A stretch of 63,514 bases of DNA, filler included, from Octopus bimaculoides (GCF_001194135.2; 4 parts of 4 records of this genome joined end to end with filler, not necessarily neighbours in it); one strand, 5' to 3'; positions 11,818 to 24,200 are shown, counted from the whole stretch's first letter. Notes: generated from the sequence alone by a model not told the origin. A program made the numbers and translations.

Positions 11818-12573
11818 NNNNNNNNNNNNNNNNNNNNNNNNNNNNNNNNNNNNNNNNNNNNNNNNNNNNNNNNNNNNNNNNNNNNNNNNNNNNNNNNNNN
11901 NNNNNNNNNNNNNNNNNNNNNNNNNNNNNNNNNNNNNNNNNNNNNNNNNNNNNNNNNNNNNNNNNNNNNNNNNNNNNNNNNNNNNNNNNNNNNNNNNNNN
12001 NNNNNNNNNNNNNNNNNNNNNNNNNNNNNNNNNNNNNNNNNNNNNNNNNNNNNNNNNNNNNNNNNNNNNNNNNNNNNNNNNNNNNNNNNNNNNNNNNNNN
12101 NNNNNNNNNNNNNNNNNNNNNNNNNNNNNNNNNNNNNNNNNNNNNNNNNNNNNNNNNNNNNNNNNNNNNNNNNNNNNNNNNNNNNNNNNNNNNNNNNNNN
12201 NNNNNNNNNNNNNNNNNNNNNNNNNNNNNNNNNNNNNNNNNNNNNNNNNNNNNNNNNNNNNNNNNNNNNNNNNNNNNNNNNNNNNNNNNNNNNNNNNNNN
12301 NNNNNNNNNNNNNNNNNNNNNNNNNNNNNNNNNNNNNNNNNNNNNNNNNNNNNNNNNNNNNNNNNNNNNNNNNNNNNNNNNNNNNNNNNNNNNNNNNNNN
12401 NNNNNNNNNNNNNNNNNNNNNNNNNNNNNNNNNNNNNNNNNNNNNNNNNNNNNNNNNNNNNNNNNNNNNNNNNNNNNNNNNNNNNNNNNNNNNNNNNNNN
12501 NNNNNNNNNNNNNNNNNNNNNNNNNNNNNNNNNNNNNNNNNNNNNNNNNNNNNNNNNNNNNNNNNNNNNNNNN

Positions 12574-12870
12574 CACCACAGATGGAGAAAACAGGTTAAG
12601 GAGGGTATCAACACTTTTGAGAGAGCACGTATCCAGCATGAAGAATTTAAGTGAGCTGTGCGAAAGTGCATGGCTCGTATAGTGAATGGGGAAAGCTTAA
12701 TCTGCAATGTTTGCAGTCATGTATGCTTATCAAGAGCAGGGTACATGAGCCACCAATGGAGCTGTAAATGCAAAATGTAAGTTGGTACTAGAGCGCAGAA
12801 TGTTCCTGAAGGTCGGCAATGATCTTCCTCGGTCACGAGTGGACGGCCATCATCATCATGATGATGATGT
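12574..12870 (+). mobile_element. RTE-1/BovB-like LINE 3' end
   Basis: WRKQVKEGINTFERARIQHEEFK*AVRK..LICNVCSHVCLSRAGYMSH (C-terminal C2H2-like finger), then the short UTR gatcttcctcggtcacgagtggacggcc and a (cat)/(gat) tail. Confidence 0.8.
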
Positions 12871-13154
12871 ATGTATGTATGCATGCATGTATGTATGTAT
12901 GTATGCATGCATGTATGTATGTATGCATGCATGTATGTATGCATGCATGCATGTATGTATGCATGTATGTAAAAACTGGATGGTCATGGCTAGGATGAAT
13001 TTAATCTACTACTAATACTCACTACTATACCTTGCAGCAGATAATGTTGTCCAGAATATACTTATGTCTAAATGAAAGATGGAATAGTTGCAGTTAGAAT
13101 GCTTTTGATTAAAGTCATTTCACTAAGAACCTGGATCCATCCCCCTCTGGCCCC

Positions 13155-13352
13155 TGGGCCAGTGGAACGTAAAAAGCACCCACTAACTCTTGAAGTGGTT
13201 AGTGTTGTTAGGAAGGGCATCCAGTTGTAGAAACCTTGCCAGATTAGAGTGGAGCCTGGTACAGCCTCCTGGCTTTTCAGAGCCCAGTCAAACTGTCCAA
13301 CCCAAGCCAGCATGGAAAACGGACGTTAAAGGATGATGATAATGATGATGAC
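13155..13352 (+). mobile_element. RTE family R1 3' UTR/tail
   Basis: cgtaaaaagcaccc..ttaggaagggcatccag..ccagcatggaaaacggacgttaaaggatgatgat. Confidence 0.85.
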
Positions 13353-13870
13353 ACATTCTGGTTCAAACCAATCTAATTGCTGACTCTACAGCATGTAACA
13401 CTTTATTTGTGAGGAATTTCCTGTCCACTCCTGCTCAGACGAGGATTGGATAAAGTAGAAAGAAAAAATAATCTGAAATAGAAAACCAGAAAGATAAAAT
13501 GAATGCTGGACAAAAGTCATAGAGAAACTTTAATGTTTGATTTAATATTATTGCTTTGTTTTGCCTAATTTCTTCACATAAAATACTAAATAAAATGTTT
13601 TGATTTTTTAAAGTGTAATGTTAGTACTACCCAAACTGTTATCATTGAGTTTGTTGTGGCTTTAAATATTTAAAATATTGTTTATTTAATGACTTTAACA
13701 TTCATTTACTTTTTCCTACCTAAAATTGTTGATAAAATAAAAAATAACCATGATTATAATTGTGCACTGTCATTGTTTTCATTTTGTGCAAAAATTGCTA
13801 CACTAATTTTTAAATAATCTCAATTAGTTGTCCACTTCATTGTCATAAAAATTTCTAACATAATTTTAAG

Positions 13871-13975
13871 CGCAGGTATGGCTCTGTGATAAGAAGCTTG
13901 CTTCCCAACCATATGATTTTGGGTTCATTTGTGAATGGATTTGGTGGATGGAAACTGAAAGCCCATCGTGTGTGT
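13871..13975 (+). mobile_element. SINE family A head with internal deletion
   Basis: gcaggtatggctctgtg..cccaacc..gggttca joined directly to gtgaatggatttgg..ggaaactgaaag. Confidence 0.7.
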
Positions 13976-13997
13976 GTATATATATTGTACTATTGTA

Positions 13998-14061
<64 letters not shown>

Positions 14062-14254
14062 TGTACTGTTCCAGATCAACAAAAAAAGTAAGCCATTTGG
14101 TGGGAGATAAATATTATTTAATAAACACAATATATAAGTTTTTATGTACTATTATTGGTTTCATGTGTTGAGAACATGGCAGACAGTGTTTTTTAACATA
14201 TCTGGTGTCTTTGCACGACTGGTGTCCTTGCACATCTGGTGTTCTGTATCAGAC

Positions 14255-14520
14255 TATGTAAAGGCGAATTAAAAAGTCGCTATGCTAATCACATATCTTC
14301 CTTCTGACTCAGGGATGAAAGTAAAGCTATAAAGTTGGCCAGCCACATAAGGGGTTTGAAGTGGAACTCTGCATCACATACAATAAAGTGGAAAATAGTT
14401 GAAAAATCCACACCATATGTTAACAAGTCAAGAAAATGTAAGCTATACATAGCTGAAAGAGCTCAGATTCTTTTCAGATCTAAGAATACTAACTCTAGAT
14501 CCAATTCTAGATCCAAAATT
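14255..14520 (+). mobile_element. Penelope-like element, GIY-YIG C-terminal fragment
   Basis: LCKGELKSRYANHISSF..KLASHIRGLK..IKWKIVEKSTPYVNKSRKCKLYIAER..NSRS. Confidence 0.75.
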
Positions 14521-14586
14521 CAGATCATGTATATGCCTATAATGCATAAGTGTATGTACGCATGTGTATGTGTGTGTGTGTATGTA

Positions 14587-14630
<44 letters not shown>

Positions 14631-16040
14631 CAACATACAATTCACCATGGAACACAGCAGTAAACAACTCCCTTTTCTTGACATCCTAATTAAAATAGTC
14701 AATAACTACATCGAAACAGACATCTTCTATAAGCCCACAGATTCTAAACAATACCTATTATTCAACTCATGCCACCCCAAACACATAGAAATTAATATAC
14801 CTTATACTCTAGCGAAAAGAATCTGTACCATAGTTTCGGACACCTATACTCGTGAATGAAGACTCCTTGAACTCAGATCAATACTAATCAAGAGACATTA
14901 CCCAATATTATTAATAAATGATGGAATTAAACGAGCTAAGGAAATAGATATACGAACATTAAGGGAAGTCAACCGAAATACTAAACCAGACTTAAAAATA
15001 CTCCTATACATCTCCACACATAACCCTAGAAACTACAAAGCTTTTAACATTATCATCCAAAATCTACCCATCCACACAAGAGATAAAACAATGCACAAAA
15101 TTTTAGGCTCACGCAAAATTATCAAAAGCAAAATGCAACCTAAATCATTGAAAAAAATATTAACCAGCACAAGACTATATCCATTAACAACAGAACCAAA
15201 AGTGAAAAAATGTGGTTGACCTAACTGTGGTACTTGCCCCCCACCTTTTGGAGGGTTCAGAGTTCCACTTTAAACAAGGTGAAATATTTAAGATTAAATC
15301 CAATTTCACCTGTGCCTCAGAAAATCTAATCTATGCTATTACATGCTTAGGGTGTGGTAATAATTATATTGGCCAAACAAGAATATCACTCCATCGAAGA
15401 ACCACTCTCCATAAGGAACAAATCTGCCATCCACAATACAGACAGATACAGGTCAGTGGACACATAGAAAGGTGTGCAAGGAATCTTAATCCTAATTTCC
15501 TAATTTTTCCCTTCTATCAACGTTCACAGAACACCTCAATACAACAAAGAATGAATAAAGAGGCAATTTTCATTAATAAATATCTTCCATAACTAAATAT
15601 GAACACATAACATAATACAGAACACTACTAATTTTTCAATTAATATCACTAAACCACATACATCTTATATACCATTCACATTACAGATCTATATCTACCC
15701 TAATTGCACCAAATCCAAAATTACTTACCTCCCTTACACATATTCTTTTTACTCAAGGACTAGGAGACCTGACACCGTTCAGTAATCGGTATGCATTCAA
15801 AGCAACGATTAGTAACATTACGAAACTGGTATGCTTTTGAATCTCTTTAACAATTCACAATAATGACTTTTATTACTTTTATTCCTACCTCAGTTCATCT
15901 AATTCTATATATCCATCGTTACTTTTCATAAAAAGCCTTTACTTTTTTTGATTTCCAATGTACATTTTCGCTTATTTTTCTTCTTACTTTCCCCCTACAT
16001 TTTCATGTGTAGTTTCCATTTTGTTTTTGTAACATATTTC
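14631..16040 (+). mobile_element. Penelope-like element: RT thumb, linker, GIY-YIG endonuclease and 3' pseudo-LTR region
   Basis: IQFTME..LPFLDILI..TDIFYKPTDSKQYLLFNSCHPKH..IPY; CG*PNCGTCPH knuckle; NLIYAITCLGCGNNYIGQT..HKEQI..EAIFINKY; internal stops and a frameshift near 15240. Confidence 0.92.
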
Positions 16041-16052
16041 TATTATATATAC

Positions 16053-16093
<41 letters not shown>

Positions 16094-16559
16094 NNNNNNN
16101 NNNNNNNNNNNNNNNNNNNNNNNNNNNNNNNNNNNNNNNNNNNNNNNNNNNNNNNNNNNNNNNNNNNNNNNNNNNNNNNNNNNNNNNNNNNNNNNNNNNN
16201 NNNNNNNNNNNNNNNNNNNNNNNNNNNNNNNNNNNNNNNNNNNNNNNNNNNNNNNNNNNNNNNNNNNNNNNNNNNNNNNNNNNNNNNNNNNNNNNNNNNN
16301 NNNNNNNNNNNNNNNNNNNNNNNNNNNNNNNNNNNNNNNNNNNNNNNNNNNNNNNNNNNNNNNNNNNNNNNNNNNNNNNNNNNNNNNNNNNNNNNNNNNN
16401 NNNNNNNNNNNNNNNNNNNNNNNNNNNATCGACACACATCTGTGCCCTGTCTGTATTTGCCAAGGGAAGTTATCTTTCCCATCTTGATCTACGATACGTA
16501 CGTACCCGAGTTTCAGGGTTATTTCCCTTCTTCAGCGTACGACAATCGCCGACCTTCGA

Positions 16560-17022
16560 TGCAAAAGACATCCCTTGGCAAATATATGTAACTTTCTCCA
16601 GTGAAATTATTCACTGATATCGAAAAAGTGAAAACAAGCAATGTTAAATCAGTTACTGTTAATACCTCGTTCAGAGATTTAACATTGCTTGGGAAATGGT
16701 CTATTTGGTAGGTGACCGCTGTGTTGGGGCATGCATATTTGTATGTGGGTGTGTTGGTGAATGCTCTGGTCAAACTCTTTGCCAGACTCCAAAGAATTGG
16801 TGGAGAGCCATGGCTGGGATACTGGTGGTTGCAGTCATTATGGGGCCTGCAGGCATGATAGGATGTACTTCTTTTCATGTGGGCAAGGATTAAGCACTTC
16901 ACTTCTGCTATTCAAGTAAATGCCTGGCTGCTGAGTGCTCTTTGAAATCACTCTTTTCTTAGCCAGGCATAATTTGCACTTCCTGCTGGTTTACATTTCT
17001 CCAGGATCTTCCACTTTATGTT
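16560..17022 (-). mobile_element. Penelope-like element 3' end
   Basis: Minus frames INIKWKILEKCKP and CKLCLAKKRVISKSTQQPGIYLNSRSEVLNPCPHEKKYIL match the conserved PLE C-terminus (LNKRSE..CRH.NK). Confidence 0.8.
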
Positions 17023-17286
17023 TATCATCTGTTCCCCAACATGAAAAAACCCCATTTGGCTGGGAATCAGTATCACAGTGATGATGATGTTATGTCTGCT
17101 GTTGATGACTTTTTTGCCCAACAGGATGGAAGCCTCTTCACCAATGGAATCCAAACACTACAACACTGATGGAAGGAAGAAGTGAGAGAAGAGCAAGAAT
17201 GAACTATGTTGGAAAATAAACCTCATTTGGTTACATTCCATGGGAGTATCATGGTCAGGCTATGAACATTTCAGCCAACCCTCACC
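17022..17286 (+). mobile_element. Mariner transposon 3' end with TIR
   Basis: LFPNMKK..AGNQYHSDDDVMSAVDDFFAQQDGSLFTNGIQTLQH*WK..NYVGK*, then ggtcaggctatgaacatttcagccaaccctc. Confidence 0.85.
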
Positions 17287-17379
17287 TAGCATGATTTATG
17301 TCCTTGTTCCATCACATCACACTCAGCTTGGCTGCAGATTTTGTCTGTAACCCTCAGTAGGTTGTCCCACAGGCACTTT

Positions 17380-18245
17380 CAGTTGTTCCCTAACCTCTAT
17401 GTCTCCAACTCCTTGACTCTCTTGTCAGAAGCTTCCATTAGATTATTTCTCAATTTCTGTCAGTTTGCTGGATTTTTGGACTTCCATAACATCCTTTTCC
17501 AGACTGGTTTATTTCTGTGAGTCCTTCTAGCTCTAATTTTAAATTCACTAACTAGTAACTTATGTTGGGTTGTACATTCTTCACCTAGGAAAGACCTTGC
17601 CTTTATAAGCAGCTGTCTATCTCATTGTTTGGTGAGGATGTAGTCAATCTGACTTGTGCGTCCACCAGACTGATAGGTGATCAGGTGGATGGCCAATTTC
17701 CTGAAGTCAGTGTTGCAAATCATTAGATCAGTTGCATCGCAGAACTCCAGCAGAACTCCAGAACTTCATAGATCCAAATTCGTAATTTCCATGCACATCA
17801 TGGAATCCATGGGAATGCTGCCCAACTTGACCACTGAAGTCACCAGCTACAATAACCAAGTCTCAGTCATTTGGTGTCAAGATAAAAGGGCTCATAAAAT
17901 TTGTCCTTCTGATCCATTAGCCAGCCCAGACTGTGGAGTACAGGCAGAGATAAATATAACTGTTGATTTATCAAAAATTAGTCTTAGCTTAATTATCCTA
18001 TCACAGTCTCTCACTTCTTCACTTAACTTCTCTACCCATTTTTCTGCCAAATGTATACTTACACCACCCACCCCATCATTACTGCCTACCCCACAAAATT
18101 CGAACCTTTGTTTCTTACATGTGAGGCTCCCCTCTATCTTACTTCTTGTAAAGCACATGTCTACATGCTGCCACTCCAGTATTTCAATAATCCCACCTGT
18201 AATTCGTTTTAATGTACCAACATTGATGGTGGCAGCCTTGAAATA
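17380..18245 (-). mobile_element. RTE family R1 endonuclease-domain fragment
   Basis: AATINVGTLK, GVGGVSIHLAEKWVEK, DRIIKLRL, ISACTPQSGL, GDFSGQVG, TYQSGGRTSQIDYIL, FLGEECTTQHKLLVS. Confidence 0.85.
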
Positions 18246-18669
18246 GAAGTTGCTAATTTCTAGCTAGAACTATTGAATTTTAACATAATGTAGCTATAGC
18301 TCTAGTTAATTTAAAAAATAATGTAGCATATGCACTGTTGTTGAGAAGGAAGAAGTAACTTTAAAGAAAGATAAGTCTTGTACTTATNNNNNNNNNNNNN
18401 NNNNNNNNNNNNNNNNNNNNNNNNNNNNNNNNNNNNNNNNNNNNNNNNNNNNNNNNNNNNNNNNNNNNNNNNNNNNNNNNNNNNNNNNNNNNNNNNNNNN
18501 NNNNNNNNNNNNNNNNNNNNNNNNNNNNNNNNNNNNNNNNNNNNNNNNNNNNNNNNNNNNNNNNNNNNNNNNNNNNNNNNNNNNNNNNNNNNNNNNNNNN
18601 NNNNNNNNNNNNNNNNNNNNNNNNNNNNNNNNNNNNNNNNNNNNNNNNNNNNNNNNNNNNNNNNNNATA

Positions 18670-18879
18670 TCTTTTACTTGTTTCTGTCACTAGACTGTGG
18701 CACTGCCTTGAATTTTTAGTTGAGTAAATTGATACCAGAACTTCTTTTTTTTTTTTGTTTTTAAGAAGTGGTATTTTTGCTATCCGCTTCTTTAGTCGAA
18801 CTGCTAATTTACGGGGACACAAACATACCAACACCTGTTGTCAAGTGGTGGTGGTAGGACAGACACAGACACAAAGATG

Positions 18880-18917
<38 letters not shown>

Positions 18918-19087
18918 ACATGTATATACAACAGGTTTCTTTCAGTTTCTGTCTACCAAATCCACTCACAAGGCTTTGGTTTGCCTTAGGCTACAGTAGA
19001 TGACACTTGCCCAAGGTGCCATGCAGTGGGATTGAACCTGAAACCATATGGTTGGGAAGCAAGCTTCTTACCACACAGCCATGCCTA
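18670..19087 (-). mobile_element. SINE family A, near full-length, decayed
   Basis: Reverse complement of the 20317 copy, including the internal (TA/TG)n and the cttttacttgtttc tail. Confidence 0.85.
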
Positions 19088-19128
19088 TGTATATATATTC
19101 TAATTAAATGCTTAACAGAGTTAGTGGG

Positions 19129-19380
19129 AAGTAGTTGTATGCTGTCAACTTAATGACTAGCAGTTCATGCTACTCCAGACTGATGACGAGCAAAGACTCA
19201 GAAACATGTCTCTGGATACAGGCTTAGCTGGGTAGAGGTGCTTGTCTCCCCTTGTAAACATAAGGACACAGGAAATGTGTCAAGGCCAACGAGAAGCGGT
19301 GCAGCTTCCTAGGTCTAATCAACAGTAGTATTATTCCCTTCAGGGGACTGTCACATTAAGTTTACAGCATACAACTACTT
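19129..19380 (+). mobile_element. 252-bp element bounded by 27-bp inverted repeats, containing a hammerhead motif
   Basis: aagtagttgtatgctgtcaacttaatg (19129-19155) vs cattaagtttacagcatacaactactt (19354-19380), 1 mismatch; 19261-19375 aligns with 60859-60973. Confidence 0.8.
19174..19216 (+). ncRNA. Minimal type I hammerhead ribozyme motif (candidate)
   Basis: Stem I tccaga/tctgga; CUGAUGA 19180-19186; stem II (c)gag-caaaga-ctc(a); GAAAC 19201-19205; palindromic stem III AC-AU-GU; GUC triplet 19208-19210. Confidence 0.7.
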
Positions 19381-20316
19381 CATTATATCTACAGCATAAA
19401 TCTCTCTGAGAGATTTATAAATGTATTATTTCTAGAGTTAGTGGGGTTACAATACTAAGAAAATGTTACAAAAGTTCTCTAGTGAATGGAATTTTACATA
19501 ATGTTTAGTGTGCATATACAGCATTATGTATATGCATGTGAGAATGTTTGTGAATGTATATATGCTAGCAAGAAACAAATTATGTGATGACAGGTTTGGT
19601 TGTGATGCAGTGGCACTCGAGGCCACTGCTAGCCAAAGTTAAAACTGAGGGGTTTCTTGTTGCCTCAGATATTTTCCTTCCCTGATTGTCAGACCTGAAC
19701 TGAAAACTGATTATATTATAATCCTCATTAAAAAGGTAAGTGAGGAAATAGAAAGAACAAGTGAACGCATTGGATTCATCAAATAAGACCAAATGAATTG
19801 TTTGTTGCTCAGTAAATAAACAAGAAATATAAACAAAACACATGTAAGTCTCCTGTCAGTGAATCATAAGTTCAAGTTTTGAATTTGGTCTGCTACACTG
19901 GTTTTCCATGGTTAGTTATATAATTTGAATTAGTTGACCTAATCATGACAAAAATTATTGACAGATTTTAAGCATATGATAATTTTTTAACAGCCTGCTA
20001 TTTACACACATTAGCGCAATATGTGGGCTTCATTGGTACTTAATATGCATTCTTGCCTCTTATCTCCACTACAGTGAAACAGAACCAACGTCTGGTCCAC
20101 AGAGTTAAAAAGTAAAAGTTAGATGTTACATTATAATGTAAGTTAAATAAATTTAGTAAAAAAACCTACTTTTAAAAGAATCCACATTTTATTTTTACAA
20201 TAATTATCTTCATTGCTATGGGCAGGGTTGATCTTCCAGAAAGCTACAATAATCAATTTCTTGGTCTGACTTTGAACAAGGATCTGTCTTGGAACAAATA
20301 TGATCAGTCCACTATA

Positions 20317-20718
20317 GGCGCAGGAGTGGCTGTGTGGTAAGTAGCTTGCTTACCAACCACATGGTCCCGGGTTCAGTCCCACTGCGTGGCATCTTGGGCA
20401 AGTGTCTTCTACTATAGCTTCAGGCCGACCAAAGCCTTGTGAGTGGATTTGGTAGACGGAAACTGAAAGAAGCCCGTCGTATATATGTATGTGTATGTAT
20501 GTATGTGTGTATGTGTTTGTGTGTCTATCCCCCGACATCACTTGACAACCGATGCTGGTGTGTTTATGTCCCCGTAACTTAGCGGTTCGGCAAAAGAGAC
20601 CGATAGAATAAGTACTAGGCTTCTAAAGAATAAGTCCTGGGGTCGATTTGCTTGACTAAAAGGTGGTGCTCCAGCATGGTCACAGTCAAAAAGACTGAAA
20701 CAAGTAAAAGAGTAAAAG
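20317..20718 (+). mobile_element. SINE family A, full-length young copy with TSD
   Basis: ggcgcaggagtggctgtgtgg A-box, gggttcagtcc B-box, CORE-like cttgggcaagtgtctt, internal microsatellite, (gtaaaaga)2 tail; TSD agtccact 20306-20313 / agtccatt 20719-20726. Confidence 0.92.
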
Positions 20719-21237
20719 AGTCCATTGCCATGTTGGTTGCCAAGAAGATTGGATCTCTCTTCCTTGCTTGTAAATCTCTTATGCCTGAGAGTATCTTGTA
20801 ACTTTAAAAGATACCATTTAACCTTGCATTAAATATTGCTATCATCTTTAGGCTGGCACTTCTGATGAGTGTCTCGGTTGAATTCAGAATGAAGGTGTTG
20901 GAATCCTTGGCTCAGCACTGAAACGTATCTTCATTGTGTCTTTTCTATAAGTATTTCCATGGTCATTGTTCTGATGAACTTTCTTGTTTAGTACTGTCTA
21001 CCAAGACCTTTAAAGAAGTCACCTGCTTCTCTTCACATGTGCATCATTTCACTGTTGAACTGCCCGTTACTCAGTAATCCTTTAATTCTAATAATTTCTT
21101 TCCTCCAACTGTTGCTCTCTGGAACTCTATACCATCATCTCTTTACCTCTGATCCATGATGTTCAGTCTTACTTAAGCTTTCAGTCAGTTGACATCTTTT
21201 GAATTTGTAGGCTCCTTGTTTCCTTCACTGTAATCCC

Positions 21238-24200
21238 AACCCCTCGTCCTCGTCGTGAGAGATGGAAACAGGTAAAGCTGGTGAAGTTGAATGGGCTAAT
21301 CACCCATGCAATGGATTTTCAAATTGATTACGAAAACACTGATAGTTGACAAGTCTTGTATTAATTTACCAACCGAAGGTTTCCAGAGTCAAAGGTGTTT
21401 TATGACGCCGAATAGTCAAAGCCCTAGGGAAGCTAGTTGGCCGATACTGCTTTCGACAAAGGATTCCACGAGGTTTGGTGCATAGAATGGTCGAACAATG
21501 TTTACTGCTGGAAAGTGTGAAAATATTAGCAAAGAAATGGACAATTACAAATTGGAAATTTTGGGTTTGTGTGAAACTAGGTGGATTGATAATGGACAAA
21601 CTAAGCTAGCTTCAGGAAAAACAATTATATACTCAGGGCACAAAGATGATAAGGTGCGTCACACAAGGGGAGTAGCTCTGATACTGACTAAGAAAGCGGT
21701 TAAAGCATTAATAGAATGGCAACCCATAAATGAAAGATTGATACTAGCAAAGTTTAGAACGTCTCATAAGCGGATTTTCCTAACAATCATTATGTGCTAC
21801 ACCCCACCAAATGATGCTGATGAATTAGTAAAAGTTGAATTTTATGATACTCTGCAGAGCGTAATTGAAAAATGGACTGAGAAAGAGTTGATAATGGTTA
21901 TGGGTGATTTCAAAGCAAAAGTCGGAAACATTAATTTAGGATATGAAGCCATTATGGGGAAACATGGTTTAGGAAGCATGAATGCAAATGGCCAGTTGTT
22001 TGCCGATTTTTGCGCAAACAACTAGTTGGTCATTGGAGGAACCTTATTTCCACACAAAGACCTTGAAAACGCAAAATAAGATCAACCACATCTGTGTAAG
22101 CTGCAAGTTCAGGAGATCACTGTTAGATGTTAGGGTAAAAAGAGGGGCTGACGCAGCCTCCGACCACCACCTACTATTTGGCAAACTACAACTGAAGTTA
22201 AGGGCTTTAAAAGAGGAATGTAGGGTTCAACGAAAATACAATGTTGATTTACTAAAACACAAAGACACCCAAATAAAATACAAAAAAGCATTATCACGCA
22301 AATCAATGCAAGTAAAAAAGATGCAAGGCAACATAATAGAACATACTTGGTCGAAAATTAAGGATGCTTTTATTTCATTATTAGAAGAATGTGTAGGGTG
22401 TGTAAACAAAAAGAATAAGGCGTGGATATCACAAGAGACACTAACAGCCATAGAAGTAAGAAAGAAGCTAAAGGAAAAATTACTATCAGCAAGCTCAGAA
22501 GTAGAGATAAATAGATGTCAGGGAAATTACAACCAACAAAATAAGAAAGTTAAAAAACAATTAAGAAGAGACAAGCGAAAATATTTCAAAAATTTAGCAA
22601 CGACAGCAGAAAGTGCAGCCCAGCGCCAGAACATGAAAGAGCTGTACAACACAACTAAATTACTATCCGGGAAGAGAGTAAGAGTAGAAAAGGCAGTAAA
22701 AGGGAAGGATGGNNNNNNNNNNNNNNNNNNNNNNNNNNNNNNNNNNNNNNNNNNNNNNNNNNNNNNNNNNNNNNNNNNNNNNNNNNNNNNNNNNNNNNNN
22801 NNNNNNNNNNNNNNNNNNNNNNNNNNNNNNNNNNNNNNNNNNNNNNNNNNNNNNNNNNNNNNNNNNNNNNNNNNNNNNNNNNNNNNNNNNNNNNNNNNNN
22901 NNNNNNNNNNNNNNNNNNNNNNNNNNNNNNNNNNAGGAAGAAAATGTGCCTAATGATTGGAAAGAGGGGCTCATCGTAAAATTGCCAAAAAAAGGTGATT
23001 TAAGTGTTTGTGGAAATTATAGAGGGATTATGTTATCGACTCCCGGAAAATGTTTTAACAGGATACTTTTGGAGCGGATGAGGACAGCAGTTGACAAATT
23101 GTTGCATAAAGAACAAGCCGGATTTAGGGAGAACCGTTCATGTGTAGATCAAATCGCCACTCTTCACATTATCTTGGAGTAAAGCGCATAGTGGAATGCA
23201 CCGCTTTATATTAATTTTATTGATTTCGAAAAAGCATTCGATAGTGTAGATAGGGAAAGCTTATGGAAAATTATGCAGCACTACGGCATACTAGACAAGT
23301 ATATATCTATAATAAGAACAACTTACCAAGGAATGTCATGCCGAGTCTTGCATGGAAACGGAGCTACAGATAAATTCGAAATAAAAACAGGAGTTCGACA
23401 GGGCTGTATATTTTCTCCCTTTTTATTTCTACTAGTTATAGATTGGATTATGAAGGACACTACGATTGAAAGCCAAACAGGCATTGAATAGACGGATGCA
23501 GAAGCTCTAGAAGATCTCGACTTTGCAGATGATATAGCGCTACTTTCACAAACATATAGCCAAATGCAAAATAAAGGGTCAAAATTAGAAGCAATAGCTG
23601 CCAAACTAGGATTGAAAGTCAACCGCGACAAATCAAAACTTATGCGCGTTAATGAAGAAAACAGTGAATGTATTAAACTAGAAACTGGTGAACTAGAGGA
23701 TGTAGCCAAGTTTACGTATTTAGGTAGTAAGATAATGTTCTCAAGCGGCACCGACGAAGATATTAAGACAAGAATAAGTAAGGCAAGGACCGTTTTTCAC
23801 CCGTTAAAAAAAGTATGGAGCGCAAGTGAAATTTCAATAAAGAAAAAAGTAAGAATTTTTAACACTAACGTAAAAGCGGTGTTATTGTATGGGGCTGAGA
23901 CATGGCGAACAACAGTTAAGTCAAATAAGCAAATACAATCATTCATCAACAGATACTTGCGTAGTATACTTAAAATTAGATGGCTCAAACACATAAGCAA
24001 TATGGAGCTATGGCAAAGAACGAATCAAGTTTTGATTAGGGAGCAAATATTTAAGAAAAAGTGGAAGTGGATTGGTAGCACAATTATAAAGGACACACCA
24101 AATGCAGTGAAAAGTGCTTTACAGTGGAATCCGGATGGAAATAGAAAGAGGAGTAGGCCTAAGAACTTGTGGCGTAGATCAACACAAAAGGAACTAGAGA

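Noticed and set aside
9825-12707. Long ORFs in the track spanning N-gaps (also 16.0, 26.7, 31.5, 32.9, 42.1, 46.4, 47.3, 56.5 and 62.1 kb)
   Set aside because: Open only because Ns and microsatellites contain no stop codons
16696-16893. Plus-strand ORF GDRCVGAC..WWRAMAGILVVAVIMG resembling a transmembrane exon
   Set aside because: The opposite strand encodes the conserved Penelope C-terminus, which explains the sequence
19669-19735. Possible plus-strand exon (cctcag|..YFPSLIVRPELKTDYIIILIKK|gtaagt), and an acceptor near 20073 reading SETEPTSGPQS*
   Set aside because: Splice signals are plausible but there is no recognisable protein similarity or supporting partner exons; chance level in AT-rich DNA
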